Origin: Leidyana gryllorum EB-2025a
Taxonomy: Eukaryota > Protista > Apicomplexa
NCBI GenBank assembly: GCA_048772705.1
Contig: JBLWGC010000033.1
Location: 62,001 to 126,000, forward strand
Direction: 5' to 3'
Length of the DNA stretch: 64,000 nt
The stretch's first letter is position 1. Every line of letters begins with the position of its first letter. Positions 43,206 through 53,766 of the stretch are shown here, in pieces. A model generated the notes under the pieces. It ran no database searches. It saw nothing but the letters and a program-made list of their open reading frames with translations, and was not told the origin of the DNA. The translations under genes were made by a program, and so were the position numbers.

Positions 43206-45602
43206 TCAATCAGACTCGAAACCCAAATTGTCATACGCCGCAGAGGAGGTATTTCTCGGCCCCTTACTAGTGGGCTTTCTCCCCCTCTTCTGCCAAATCG
43301 ACTTCCCGTAAGCCTTAAAGTTCAACTTGAAGTCTTCCTTACTTGGACTGACGACATCCGTTTGTATCTCGCCAGGGTACGACACAGTAAAAGAGGAGTG
43401 TGGCGACGTCTGAACGGCTCGATTCATCACCTGACTCGGCACAGTGTCCTTTTCTTCCCCAGCGGTGGAGCTCGGGGCTGCTACAGAGGACGCGACCGAT
43501 GATGGTGTCTCGTTGGTGTTACTTTTTGTTGAGCGTTTCCGCTTCCCAACACTGATTGGGAGCCCACCGTCTTTCCATTCCACCCGGTAGCCTCCCTCTT
43601 CGGCGACAGTGAGTAAGCCGAGGCCCCCGAGCGCGAGACTTCCGGCTACGGGGTCCAGAGAATTCCACGCAATCCCCGTTCCCCTCTTTGTGATTTGATA
43701 CAGACACTTATTGTCGCTGTCGTGCACCTCGAGGGTCCATCCCGGCTTCTCGGCTCGATACACTAATATCCGACCTTCTTCTGGACAGAAACCGGCATCG
43801 AGGGCTTCCTCCAACGCAAGCTTGACTCTGGCCCAGTCGTCCGTTCCTCCGTCTCCGTGCACAAGGTTGACTGTAACGACCTTTCTGGTCCCGGTGATGG
43901 AATCAGTCCTCTGCAGTGTGGTCGTGCCGTCTTGGCGTATGTGGACGCTGTTCTCTGAGGGCACCAACGTCCCGGGAGGATACTTCATTGTGTATGGATG
44001 GAGAGTCCTCTTGTCTGTGCCAGACCAGACGACCATCACCCGTACCTTTCCGACCAGAATGGCTGTTATGTGGCCTCGAGGAGGAGGGGTATCGCTGAGG
44101 GAGTCGACATACTCCTTCTGAAGCAACTCGCGAATGACCGGTTCAGCTTCTTTGAAAAGCTCAAAGTCATTCAGTCCATCGGCACCCTTCAGGCGGCCCA
44201 GTTCTATCACCCGCGTGTTGTCGTACGACACGAGAGCACACAGGAAACTTAATCGTTGATCAGTGAGTGGAAAGCGCTGCTTCATGACAGGGATTGCGCC
44301 AGCGTAACGCTCAGTGGGATGGAAGGCCAAAATACTGCAAGGCGGGCGCGGGGCGGCCGACCCCCTGTCAATCTCGGTCCAGGTGGCCGCATCCCATATT
44401 TTTGCCAGATTTCGTTGGAGCTTCAAAGTCGGGGGCACTGAGAACATGGCCCACCTGTTGAAGCCAACAGGGACTACTTTGGCCCCCAGCCGCGAGAGGA
44501 TGTGTAAATTGGGATACTCATCGACGACGCTTTTAAGCAATGGAAACTCCGACTCCGAGTGCAGGAGCTCGTTGCTGGACGTCAGGAGGAGTTGTTTCCA
44601 GGACTCTAAGGTCTCCTCCTTCCGTGCTTTTCCGCGGAGAAAAAGGGTCGTGACCGCATCGGGATCGCCTTTACCGTTCCATGCGAGGACCCGATGGAAA
44701 TTGAAGGTTATTTGATCATTCTCCTGACGAGCGACCACGAGCTCGCGCGCTTGGTCCCCCTCCAACACGACAAAATGGATGGGCAAACTCTTTCCTTCGT
44801 GCTCAGCTCGTCCTAAAATCACAGAGACGTCCTTCAGATCTGTGAAGGGTTCCGCGGGCAAGGTATTGAGCAATTCCATCAACTCCGCACGGTCAAAGTC
44901 GAATCCGTTGGCGACAACTTTCACCGGCTGACTCACCGTCGGGATACGAGTGGTGAAACGCAACGACGTCTGGTCATCAGCTACGAAAATGTCGGCATTT
45001 GTCATCGGCACGGGACAGGTCAGCCACCTGGTCTCCTTGGGTCCCACCTTCTTCTGCACATAGTTCTCCGGACGCTCGGCATCCTGAACATATTTGTACC
45101 AAACGTCCTCGGATTGGACATAAAACACAAAATTGAGTTGGCCCTCATCATTCAAGACGTCGACGGCGATTTGGGATAGTCGCGGGAACGTCAGGAGTCT
45201 CCCGAGCATTGGGTGGCATCGCTTTAACGTTTCTCGCATCGTAAAACGGTATCCCGGTTTGCAAACGAGCGGAATGACCCCCCCTTGTGGCAGCACAAGA
45301 CAGGTGTTCACCATTTCGAAGCCCTCCAAGACACAGTGATCAATCGGGTCGGAAAAGGCGGTGACGAGTACATGGTCAGACATAAACCAACTCTCCCCAC
45401 CGGGGTACCGGGGCTCGGACAAACTTGGACCCGCAACCGCCTTGCCATCGGAACACCGTTCAAGCTGCTGCTCGTCTTCCGCCGTCGAAGATGATGAAAT
45501 CTCTACCGCCCCCGTCCCGAGACTGGCTGTTACCACACAGAGGCAAGTTGAAGCGGCACCAAACCGGTTTTGAAGATTTGGTTTCAAATGAGGTACTTTC
45601 AT
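43206..45602 (-). CDS. Array B member 3 (798 aa), MKVP leader
   Basis: Motifs LSRLGAKVVPVGFNRW, YAGAIPV, LVSYDNTRVIEL and EEGGYRVEW. First core copy is divergent. Confidence 0.85.
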   Translation of the reverse strand: MKVPHLKPNLQNRFGAASTCLCVVTASLGTGAVEISSSSTAEDEQQLERCSDGKAVAGPSLSEPRYPGGESWFMSDHVLVTAFSDPIDHCVLEGFEMVNTCLVLPQGGVIPLVCKPGYRFTMRETLKRCHPMLGRLLTFPRLSQIAVDVLNDEGQLNFVFYVQSEDVWYKYVQDAERPENYVQKKVGPKETRWLTCPVPMTNADIFVADDQTSLRFTTRIPTVSQPVKVVANGFDFDRAELMELLNTLPAEPFTDLKDVSVILGRAEHEGKSLPIHFVVLEGDQARELVVARQENDQITFNFHRVLAWNGKGDPDAVTTLFLRGKARKEETLESWKQLLLTSSNELLHSESEFPLLKSVVDEYPNLHILSRLGAKVVPVGFNRWAMFSVPPTLKLQRNLAKIWDAATWTEIDRGSAAPRPPCSILAFHPTERYAGAIPVMKQRFPLTDQRLSFLCALVSYDNTRVIELGRLKGADGLNDFELFKEAEPVIRELLQKEYVDSLSDTPPPRGHITAILVGKVRVMVVWSGTDKRTLHPYTMKYPPGTLVPSENSVHIRQDGTTTLQRTDSITGTRKVVTVNLVHGDGGTDDWARVKLALEEALDAGFCPEEGRILVYRAEKPGWTLEVHDSDNKCLYQITKRGTGIAWNSLDPVAGSLALGGLGLLTVAEEGGYRVEWKDGGLPISVGKRKRSTKSNTNETPSSVASSVAAPSSTAGEEKDTVPSQVMNRAVQTSPHSSFTVSYPGEIQTDVVSPSKEDFKLNFKAYGKSIWQKRGRKPTSKGPRNTSSAAYDNLGFESD

Positions 45603-45846
45603 TGCGGCAGAATTTTTCGGGCTGAAACTTAACTAACACCATTGAGATGTCAGGAGAAAGTAGCAACTCCTGGAGACACAACGTCCGTAGCACGAAATTA
45701 TTGTTTTGCAAAAGAGTTCACACTGGACCCAGATGCTCGACGTTAACAACCCAGTAACTTACAGCTTGAACACTCGCACTCCCAGAACCACTCAACCATC
45801 AACACGTAGATTTTCTCAACGTCGTGAACGAAAACTCAGCTTTCAC

Positions 45847-48129
45847 TCACAATCTCGTGGTGTGCGTCGCAGTGGAACTCAGCTCAGCGTTAGTTTCAGC
45901 CGTGAGAGCGTTGGAAGAAGATTCAGCTGCTGCTGGAGGGACCAGAAGATAGGCGGGAATCTTCACTGATTTTCTTTTTTTGCCGGTCGGCGATACCCGA
46001 CGAAGCTTGTTCTCCGCAGGCCAGGTAACGATGTCGCCCTGCCATTCCAAGACATTCATAAAGTGGATGATGTCCAGATTTGTGGTCTGAACCTTCCCGT
46101 CAGCCGATGATACCACAATGTCACCCGTGGTGCTTCTCTCGATGATCCGATACATACATACTCGCCTCCATGGACTTGCCTCCGTTGTAGCCTCCACAAC
46201 ATAATCTCCCGTGTTCGAATTGGTCCAACAGGAGAGCCCAGTCGTCTTTGGGAAGGTGATGCCGTAAGCAAGGAGCATTTGCAGAATGCTCTGGTCCTTC
46301 TGAATTTGGGGGCGGAGATCGAATCTTTGCACTGCGTGCTCCTGCCTTTCCCCCGTCTCCGTCTCGATGGTGAGATTGTCCCTCTCGAGGCGGAATCTGT
46401 GATGAGGGGCTTCCATCAGGACCACATCGCTGGCATTCACCAGGTTTGCGGCATCGTAGACTTCTCCTCTGAAATTTGGCTGCTGGCCGCGTTTCACCTC
46501 GAAAAACAGTACGCGTCCGCCCGTGTACTCCACAATCAAACCCTTTTGGGCCAGATAGAGAGTCTGAACCTCCGTCAACCGGGCGTTCTCAAGTGACATC
46601 ACATGTTCGATCATGTCCTTCCATCGTTGCAGATCAACTTTGAGCGGATACTGACAGCCCAACATGTTTCTCACGGGCACCAGACGCTTCCGATCATCCG
46701 ATATCAGCCCCAGGAGTCGCCAGCCATCGTGAGCCTGACGATGTACCGGCAGTCGTTGACTGTAAACAGGAATGAGTCGGTCCCCAATCCTCTCGTTCGA
46801 GTGAATCATCAGCACTTCCCCAGGAGGAGCCCAATCTTTTCCGATCTCCGCAAACAACCGTCCTTGAGGCACAATCTTGGGGGCTGGCCCAACAACCCAT
46901 CTGTCCAACCCGACATATCGTAATGGGACTTTTCTATTCCTCAACGTCTTAGCGTTGCGAATGACTCCAGAACGCAGCGCCTTTTTGCAATTCGGAGCAA
47001 TTTGGGACATGTCCACGCCATAGTTTAGGTGCAAAGGCATCACGAGATCCGTCCCGATCGTACTGTAAGAGCCCCAACGCGGCCATCCAAACGTCTCGGG
47101 CATCATACCAACGAGACTTTGCGCGGCAGTGACGTTCGGCTTCTGGAGCTGAGCTTCAGCACTTCGCGACACAACAGAGTAAACTTTGCTCACTTGGTCA
47201 GCAGTGGCGTCGCAAGTCAGACCCATTGTTGGATATGACTGAACGCTGCCATCAGACAACCCGACCAAATAGCACGCGTCAAACCCCACCGAAACTAAGC
47301 AATGAGGCCCTTGGGACAGATCAGAACCGAAGGTTAAGGTTGATCGGTCGGGAAACTTGTGGCCTGCCGCGAGGATTTTCTCGGCATCGACACGAGCAGC
47401 CTGGTCTCCGATCTTCAGCAGTCTCGCCCCGTCCGGAATGTCGGACCCATCCCTTCCGCCGTACTCGGAACCCTCGCCACCCTCCAAAAGGACCAGCTTC
47501 GGCCTTGCGGAGTCCCGGTCGCCAACTCGCAGTGGAAACGCGTTTGGGAAACGGATACCATCCACAGTTTGCTTTACTATTCCCCCTCGTTTCAAGTTGA
47601 ACTTTGTACACACATTGCTTTCGGTCAATGCGTACCATCCGTCATCTCCCAACCCAATGCTGATGACATTGGGCTGCTTGAGCAAATGGTCCACCATCCC
47701 CATATTCCTGCTCAGTAGCCATCCGGCATTGTAGACGGAGATTGATGGAGCCACTCGCACCTGGATAAATCGCCCGGAAGGTGTCAGGATGCCTTCAAAG
47801 CGCTTCGGCGTCGGCCCGGCGTTCCTCTCTCTCGACCACACCCCCAAGCCTCCTGTCACCTCTCCCATCAACTCCAGGATCACCTCAGTGCTCGTCGTTG
47901 TCCACGGGGGACGTTGCAGGCTTGCGTGACAGCCTGGGTGCACGTCATTGACCACCCATTCATTGGACCCCTGAGATCGGACGCTGAAATTTTCCAACGC
48001 GGTCAAGGACGTCAGCCCGCTACTTGTTGGCATGAGCAAGGTGGAGGCAAGCTCCGCTCCTTCTACAATTCGGAGCATCAAAGACTCTTTGGTCCAGTCA
48101 TGCGTGCAGTTCAGGCGAGGCACTTTCAT
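45847..48129 (-). CDS. Array B member 4 (about 760 aa), MKVP leader
   Basis: Motifs FEGILTPSGRFIQV, PHCLVS...SYPTMGL, YVGLDRW, LIPVYS, LLGLISDDRKRLVPV and IIHFMNVLEWQGDIVTW. Confidence 0.87.
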   Translation of the reverse strand: MKVPRLNCTHDWTKESLMLRIVEGAELASTLLMPTSSGLTSLTALENFSVRSQGSNEWVVNDVHPGCHASLQRPPWTTTSTEVILELMGEVTGGLGVWSRERNAGPTPKRFEGILTPSGRFIQVRVAPSISVYNAGWLLSRNMGMVDHLLKQPNVISIGLGDDGWYALTESNVCTKFNLKRGGIVKQTVDGIRFPNAFPLRVGDRDSARPKLVLLEGGEGSEYGGRDGSDIPDGARLLKIGDQAARVDAEKILAAGHKFPDRSTLTFGSDLSQGPHCLVSVGFDACYLVGLSDGSVQSYPTMGLTCDATADQVSKVYSVVSRSAEAQLQKPNVTAAQSLVGMMPETFGWPRWGSYSTIGTDLVMPLHLNYGVDMSQIAPNCKKALRSGVIRNAKTLRNRKVPLRYVGLDRWVVGPAPKIVPQGRLFAEIGKDWAPPGEVLMIHSNERIGDRLIPVYSQRLPVHRQAHDGWRLLGLISDDRKRLVPVRNMLGCQYPLKVDLQRWKDMIEHVMSLENARLTEVQTLYLAQKGLIVEYTGGRVLFFEVKRGQQPNFRGEVYDAANLVNASDVVLMEAPHHRFRLERDNLTIETETGERQEHAVQRFDLRPQIQKDQSILQMLLAYGITFPKTTGLSCWTNSNTGDYVVEATTEASPWRRVCMYRIIERSTTGDIVVSSADGKVQTTNLDIIHFMNVLEWQGDIVTWPAENKLRRVSPTGKKRKSVKIPAYLLVPPAAAESSSNALTAETNAELSSTATHTTRL

Positions 48130-48209
48130 TCGTGTCAAAAAAAATTTGTTTCACCTCGCATTCAGCTCAGCTGAAGCTGTACACTCTAAACTCAGTGAAC
48201 ACCCTAAAC

Positions 48210-50623
48210 TCACCGAAGCACACCATTTTCAACCCCACGTTCTGGTGAGGATTCAAGGGCAGTCGGCGGAGAAGCTGTGCAGTCACCGCTATCCTCTGAG
48301 CCACTGGGAAGCTCAACGACGTGCATACCAGTCGGAAGAGGCTGCTGCTGCTCTACTTCGTCTTCAAGTGATATTCTAAAATCTTTTTCTGTGGGCCAAT
48401 CAATGCTCGCTCCGCAGTCCTCCAGCAGGTGCACGAGATGGAGAATGGCGACATCTCTCCGACATTTTCCCTCGATAGACGATAAGTAAATACCTCCGGT
48501 GCGGTCTTCGATGATGGCGTAACGAGCTTTGCCCCGGAAATGACTGTAAGCGACTTGCGTCCTCCATCTGCCACACGGCACAGCAGCCTCGATTTATCGT
48601 AGAAGCAGAGGCCGCGGTTGAATAATCGTCGCAAGAATGGCTCGAAATCCGCTCCTTCCGCCTCCTGCAGCAAAGTGTACTGCCGCTTGGACAGCTCTTC
48701 TCCCTGCGCGTTGATGAAGGAAGCATTCACGACGCCGCCATTGATGGAGTGCTCGACTCGAGGATAAAGAGGAACTCGCAATCTGCTCAGGATGAGATCT
48801 GTGCGCTCTCTCGGCGGCTCACAAGGTTTGAGATTGTGGCGTTTCCCATAGTGCGCCTGATTCCAACCCTTGATCTCGTACAGCAGATACGCCGCGTTCG
48901 AACCGATACTAATCGATCTAAGGGTGTCTTCCCACGCAGCAACTGCGGGTTGATGAAACTAGATAGAACAGTCTCCAAGGGACGCTTGGCAACTATATCT
49001 TCAGCCGTCTCTTCGGATGAGCTCAGAACAAAGTCCACCGAGATCATCTTGTTTCCATCGGGTGAGACAACCCCGAGCAGAATAGCTTCCTGTGGAGTGC
49101 CTGGGGGGTATTCTAAGGCGTACAGAAGGATTAGTCCCCCAATCCGTTCGCTCGATCGAACCATCATGGCCTTACTCCCATTTCGCCATTCCTGCCCGAA
49201 AAGTTGGAATATTGGGCCCGGCAGCTTGAGGTGCGCTGGAGGTTTCTGGAAAATCCACGCATCCCTTCCAACGAGCATCAGTTCCGCTCCTTTCTCGACA
49301 AAAACGTTCAGATTTCTCCAGCCTTTCATGATGGACTCAACTTTGGAATTGCCACCCCAAGAATCCGATATTTGGCGGGCGACGCTGTCCGATCCCATTC
49401 CGATTCGCGACAGGAAGTTCTCGAGGAGCCCTGTGCCATTTTCATCAGCTGTTGGCGGCGCACGGTAGAGTACTCCTTCGTCTTCGATCTCTTCCTGACC
49501 GACTGAAGGGTCTTCGCCTCGGAGAGGCAGCTCAAGATCGTTCTGCACTTTCCGTTGATCCCACAAGATCCACTGTGGTTCGGCGTAGAGCGACACTTCG
49601 CCGCGAGTGCGTCTCAGCTTGGATTGGTCCAGCGTCTTCTCCTCCTCTGAAGCCCCCCTCATCACTTCAGCAATCTCAGATTCCGTCGAGTGGACGGTGA
49701 GACCGAAGGTCGGATAGCATCGAGCGGCTCCTTCGGAGATACTCCCATCAGAAAGAGTGGCTTATGGACATCCTTAGACAGAAATAATGCAGCCTGCACT
49801 CCCCCCGAAGCCTCAGCTTTTGAACACGTCTTGATGTGGTAAAAATCGGTCAGACGGGCTATCGCTGATACGAAGACAGTGGCACTTCTGTCCAAAGTTG
49901 AAGAATCCTCTTCCGGTTGTTGTGTACTCTCAGCGCAGCTCGAGAAGTAATCCCAGGGAGAATCATTGTTCGCTCTGATCCGTGTTGGGCACGCTGCTCT
50001 CATAGCCTTAGCCGTTGTGTAGCTCTTAAGAAGGCGCCTGTTTTCCGTCAGCCGAAGCTCTTGGACCGACCCGTCGTCGTAGGTCACAAAGAAGCTCTCG
50101 TGATGCATTCCCAGAGCAGCAATTCGAGGTCGATGCAATAACTAGTTGAAGACCCCAGCGTTACTCGAGATGAAAGCATCATTCATCGGCAGAATGTTCG
50201 GCCAAAAACTCATCTCGATGAATTTACACCCATTATTGTCAACAAATCCCTCAAGTTGTCTCAATGTCCCCGATTTCTCGGATTCAGGGCGCTGAGAAAG
50301 AAGAGCACAATAATCAGAGACTGAGGGCCAAGTTGAAGCAACAATCGACATTGTCCTGAAGCCCATTCCTTTTGCAACTTGGAAGGCAACGCGAGACCGG
50401 GAGGGGGTTTGAGCAAGAACGCTTTGTCATTCTGAAATGAGAAGTACTCTTCTCCCCACGCAGGATAAAGACGCGACTTCCGTTGTTGCTGATCCTAAGA
50501 CGGGCAGCTGGGCGGTGAAATGCTTACTGGACGCCCTTGGCCCAGGACAGCGATGCCGCAGGTGAGGAAGGTCTCTGTGTTGCCGAGGGTCCCACTACCA
50601 CATCCCACATAGGGCACCTTCAT
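48210..50623 (-). pseudogene. Array B member 5, disrupted paralogue
   Basis: Starts MKVPYVGCGSGTLGNTETFLTCGIAVLGQG at 50623, with TAG at 50495-50497 and another in-frame TAG at 50142-50144. Family motifs continue across frame changes near 49720 (YPTFGL), 48910 and 48535 (ILHLVHLLEDCGASIDW). Confidence 0.82.
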
Positions 50624-51073
50624 CAGATTTCGAGTTTTTCTCCAGTGGGAAAAGTCTAGGCAGAGGCCGCTCCTCGCAATGGGAAGAAATAGCCATTAGA
50701 TATGGAGATGCCTTGAACTGTCGTACAATAATGGTCAATAGTGTTCACCCAGTGAGAAAATAAATAGCGTGACAGATGCGTGCTGGTCCGTATCTCGAGA
50801 CTATGATGAGGGTTTATGTTCCGTTCATAGGCATTCCGCAGTCAGTTCCGTCAGTGCGAAGCACACGTGTGTGTGCTGTGCTGTACCCGGTGATTCTGAG
50901 CCAAACATGAACTACCCGATCGAGCATGAAGGTACAATAATGGGGTTCGTCTTCCTTATGTCATGCATGGTACACTACCCTGCTGTGTCACACTGTTCTC
51001 CCACTAACCAGGGCTCATCACGGAAAAAAATTGAAATCCCGAGGCACCACTTATCAGATCAGCGGCTGTCGAA

Positions 51074-53503
51074 TCACCTGGCGAGCAATTCAAGCAAGTC
51101 ATGGGCCCCATTACTTGCACCACTGCGACACGCTTTGACAATTCCGCGCATTGTCGGGGGAGGTGGTGCCTTGGGGATGACGGACCAAACAGTAGAAGCA
51201 TCGCTTTCAGCGCGACTAGTAGAGCCGCTTTCTTCAGCTTCGGTCTCAAGTGCAGTTGGGGCTCTCGAGTGCTCTTCTGCAAGTAGTAAATGAGTCGATT
51301 CCTTCTTCAATCTAATCTTCAAACGCAATTTATCATTCCACTTGGCCTCCAGCCCAGCTGCTTGAAACGCATTAATGATGTGCAGCATGTTGCCTTGAAC
51401 GCGGGTCTTTTTGTATGCAGGCAATAGCTTGAATCCTGTGTGCCCGTCCCATCTAATGCGATAGAGGTCCATAGTCGTGTGTTTCTCAGACGCTCTGCTC
51501 ACAACAAGCGTGTGGAAGCGGGGTCGAGGGTATTGTTTATCATAGTAGCTGGTGAACCTGAGATGTTGATGATCTGAGAAGTACACCCCGCGACTATGTA
51601 GTCGTCTCAACATTTCCAGAGCCCAGTCCCTCTGTTTCTTGCCGTCAGCCTCAAGGTGATAAACTCGAGTGCTGGGTTTCTTCGACTCGTCTTTGATGTT
51701 GACACGGACAGTAGTGTCTGACACTAATCGCAGTTCTACCTCGGGTTCGAACTTTGGAGGAAATGAAAATCGTTGTGGTAGAGCGCCATTCCGCACTGTG
51801 CGTACAGTCTTCCCGTTGCCTACTCGCACAACTCCACGGGCTGTCTTGGAGTAAGCGCACCCGAACCCAATCACGATCTCGTCGATGACATCGGGCTGAG
51901 TGTTTCGAGATGCGAGGCGCTCAGCAATCAACCCCTGAACGGCCTCGCGGACCGAAGCCGCTTGCGGGATGTGGTTGCGGATGTGTGTTGTGTAGGTGAG
52001 TTCGCAGATGCGATTGAGTGTTGGGCAGAAGAGTCCGACAAGACGTCCTCGTTCGTTACCGTCGTATGGTGGGCGCAGGGCGTACACAGGGATTCCGCCC
52101 GCGAATACTCCGTCCCCGCCGACAACTGCAATCTCCCCGAGTGAATTGTTTTCTTCTCTACGGAAGAGTTGGGAGAGATTGGGGGCGATGTGGACGCGAC
52201 ACTCTTGGGTTGGGAGGATACGCCAACGATTATTTCCGACCAGCGAGCAGTCAAAATTCTTCTCGGCCAAGGCTCGAATATTGGAGAGGCCGGCAACGAA
52301 TCTGGTGATTAGGGGGCTTGAGTTGGTGTCTGTCCACGACTTTACGAGATCGAAGGGAAAAGATGGAAGAGGGGTGGGGGTGTGCGTTATGAATGTGAGT
52401 TCATCCCAGAACGGCCAGACTGGGGTGCTGGCTGATGAGGTGATTGTGGGTCGCGCTGTATTTGCCACCTCTTCGTGACTTGGCAATTCCGACCGCGCCC
52501 GCTCGTATGCGGTGCGAATTGCGGCAGGAGTCGAGTTCTCAGTGAGCCCCATGGTGGGATATATTTGAGGCTCGTTGTCTTCGAAAGCCAACAGGATGAG
52601 GGGTAAATCATCCTTACCGAGAACCAAATAGTGATCGTAGATGCAACTTTGGCCTCGCTTGGCGTTGGCTCCCGGAATAATCTTCAAAGTGGGGGGCAGG
52701 AAGTTCAGGACGCCGGCGTCAAAGATCTTTTGAATGATGGCTTCTGAGCGCTGACGGGAATAGTGGGGCGTAACACGGAAATGGTACTGGACGAGGCCCC
52801 GAATCGGGTGGCAGAAACGCAGCTTATAGAGATCGTCTCTGACGGCCACAGGTGAATTGAGTGTAGTCGAGTGCACCAGTTTGGTCAATAAGACATCCGG
52901 ATCGCACACAGCCTGCATTTCCCAGTCGTGGTCGTGATACACATACTTTCGGGGACTGTCGGGTTCGCCCTCCAACCACAGATACACGCCATGGAACGAC
53001 AATCCGATTTTGGTCACGTCACTATGTGTTGTGAGGAAGTGCTTGATGGATCCAGCCCACTCCCTCAGTACTTGTGCCAGCGCTCGGTCACAGTAAGACT
53101 CATCAAAAAATACCTCCACCACTCGAGTCCCATCAGGAGTCAACAGCCCTTCGAGGGTTGTTGGTTTGCCTGGACCCCTTGGGACTGAATACAACGCCCA
53201 CAAGTCTGGGTGACCGTCGATTTGTTTTGCCGAGAGTGCGCACCCATAACTGCCCCACTTCTCTCCAAAAGTGGTCGCAAGCTGCCCACAAAGAGTGACA
53301 TCCGGAGGAGGCCTGATGACTTCGGCGAAGCCATCAACTGGACTAACGACTCTCGGATCCTCAAAAACTATCACGTCCCTCGGACGTGCTAGGCCAAAGG
53401 GAGAGGCACCCAGTGGGGAGGACCCCAAGGACACGGCTACGGCACAGAGATGGAAAATATCCTCCTCGTGCTCCAGGCATTTATCTACTCGTGGAACCCT
53501 CAT
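51074..53503 (-). CDS. Array B member 6 (809 aa), MRVP leader
   Basis: Motifs LEGLLTPDGTRVVEV, IYPTMGL, WPFWDEL, SLVGNNRW, GGIPVYA and MLHIINAFQAAGLEAKW. Confidence 0.88.
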   Translation of the reverse strand: MRVPRVDKCLEHEEDIFHLCAVAVSLGSSPLGASPFGLARPRDVIVFEDPRVVSPVDGFAEVIRPPPDVTLCGQLATTFGEKWGSYGCALSAKQIDGHPDLWALYSVPRGPGKPTTLEGLLTPDGTRVVEVFFDESYCDRALAQVLREWAGSIKHFLTTHSDVTKIGLSFHGVYLWLEGEPDSPRKYVYHDHDWEMQAVCDPDVLLTKLVHSTTLNSPVAVRDDLYKLRFCHPIRGLVQYHFRVTPHYSRQRSEAIIQKIFDAGVLNFLPPTLKIIPGANAKRGQSCIYDHYLVLGKDDLPLILLAFEDNEPQIYPTMGLTENSTPAAIRTAYERARSELPSHEEVANTARPTITSSASTPVWPFWDELTFITHTPTPLPSFPFDLVKSWTDTNSSPLITRFVAGLSNIRALAEKNFDCSLVGNNRWRILPTQECRVHIAPNLSQLFRREENNSLGEIAVVGGDGVFAGGIPVYALRPPYDGNERGRLVGLFCPTLNRICELTYTTHIRNHIPQAASVREAVQGLIAERLASRNTQPDVIDEIVIGFGCAYSKTARGVVRVGNGKTVRTVRNGALPQRFSFPPKFEPEVELRLVSDTTVRVNIKDESKKPSTRVYHLEADGKKQRDWALEMLRRLHSRGVYFSDHQHLRFTSYYDKQYPRPRFHTLVVSRASEKHTTMDLYRIRWDGHTGFKLLPAYKKTRVQGNMLHIINAFQAAGLEAKWNDKLRLKIRLKKESTHLLLAEEHSRAPTALETEAEESGSTSRAESDASTVWSVIPKAPPPPTMRGIVKACRSGASNGAHDLLELLAR

Positions 53504-53766
53504 GGTGGCAAGACAGAAATGTAAATTTTGGTACGTCTTTGTCGGATAGAGACCTCAGGTTCAGAGAGGATACAGCTCTCCCAATTGTGCAGCCACGGAG
53601 CAACAACATCAACTGTCCGATCCACAATGCCTCGAAACGAGGGAGCTGTCGTGCTGCCACTAATTGACGAGAAAGAGATTGCCCGTTCGCGTAGTAAAAA
53701 AAGTTGTGGCACTCGCTTTGAAGGTTAGATAGAACTCATTGTGTCCAAAACTCTGCTGCATCTCAT

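Noticed and set aside
50142-50144. Stop-codon reassignment or programmed readthrough at the in-frame TAG
   Set aside because: TAG terminates intact genes in this window (15266, 19241, 31924), and the same locus also has several frameshifts, so pseudogenisation is simpler.
51074-51170. WH2, GoLoco or LxxLL motif in the tail PPPP...HDLLELLAR*
   Set aside because: It lacks the LKKV/LRRV element of WH2 and the DQR triad of GoLoco. LxxLL alone is too common to support a claim.
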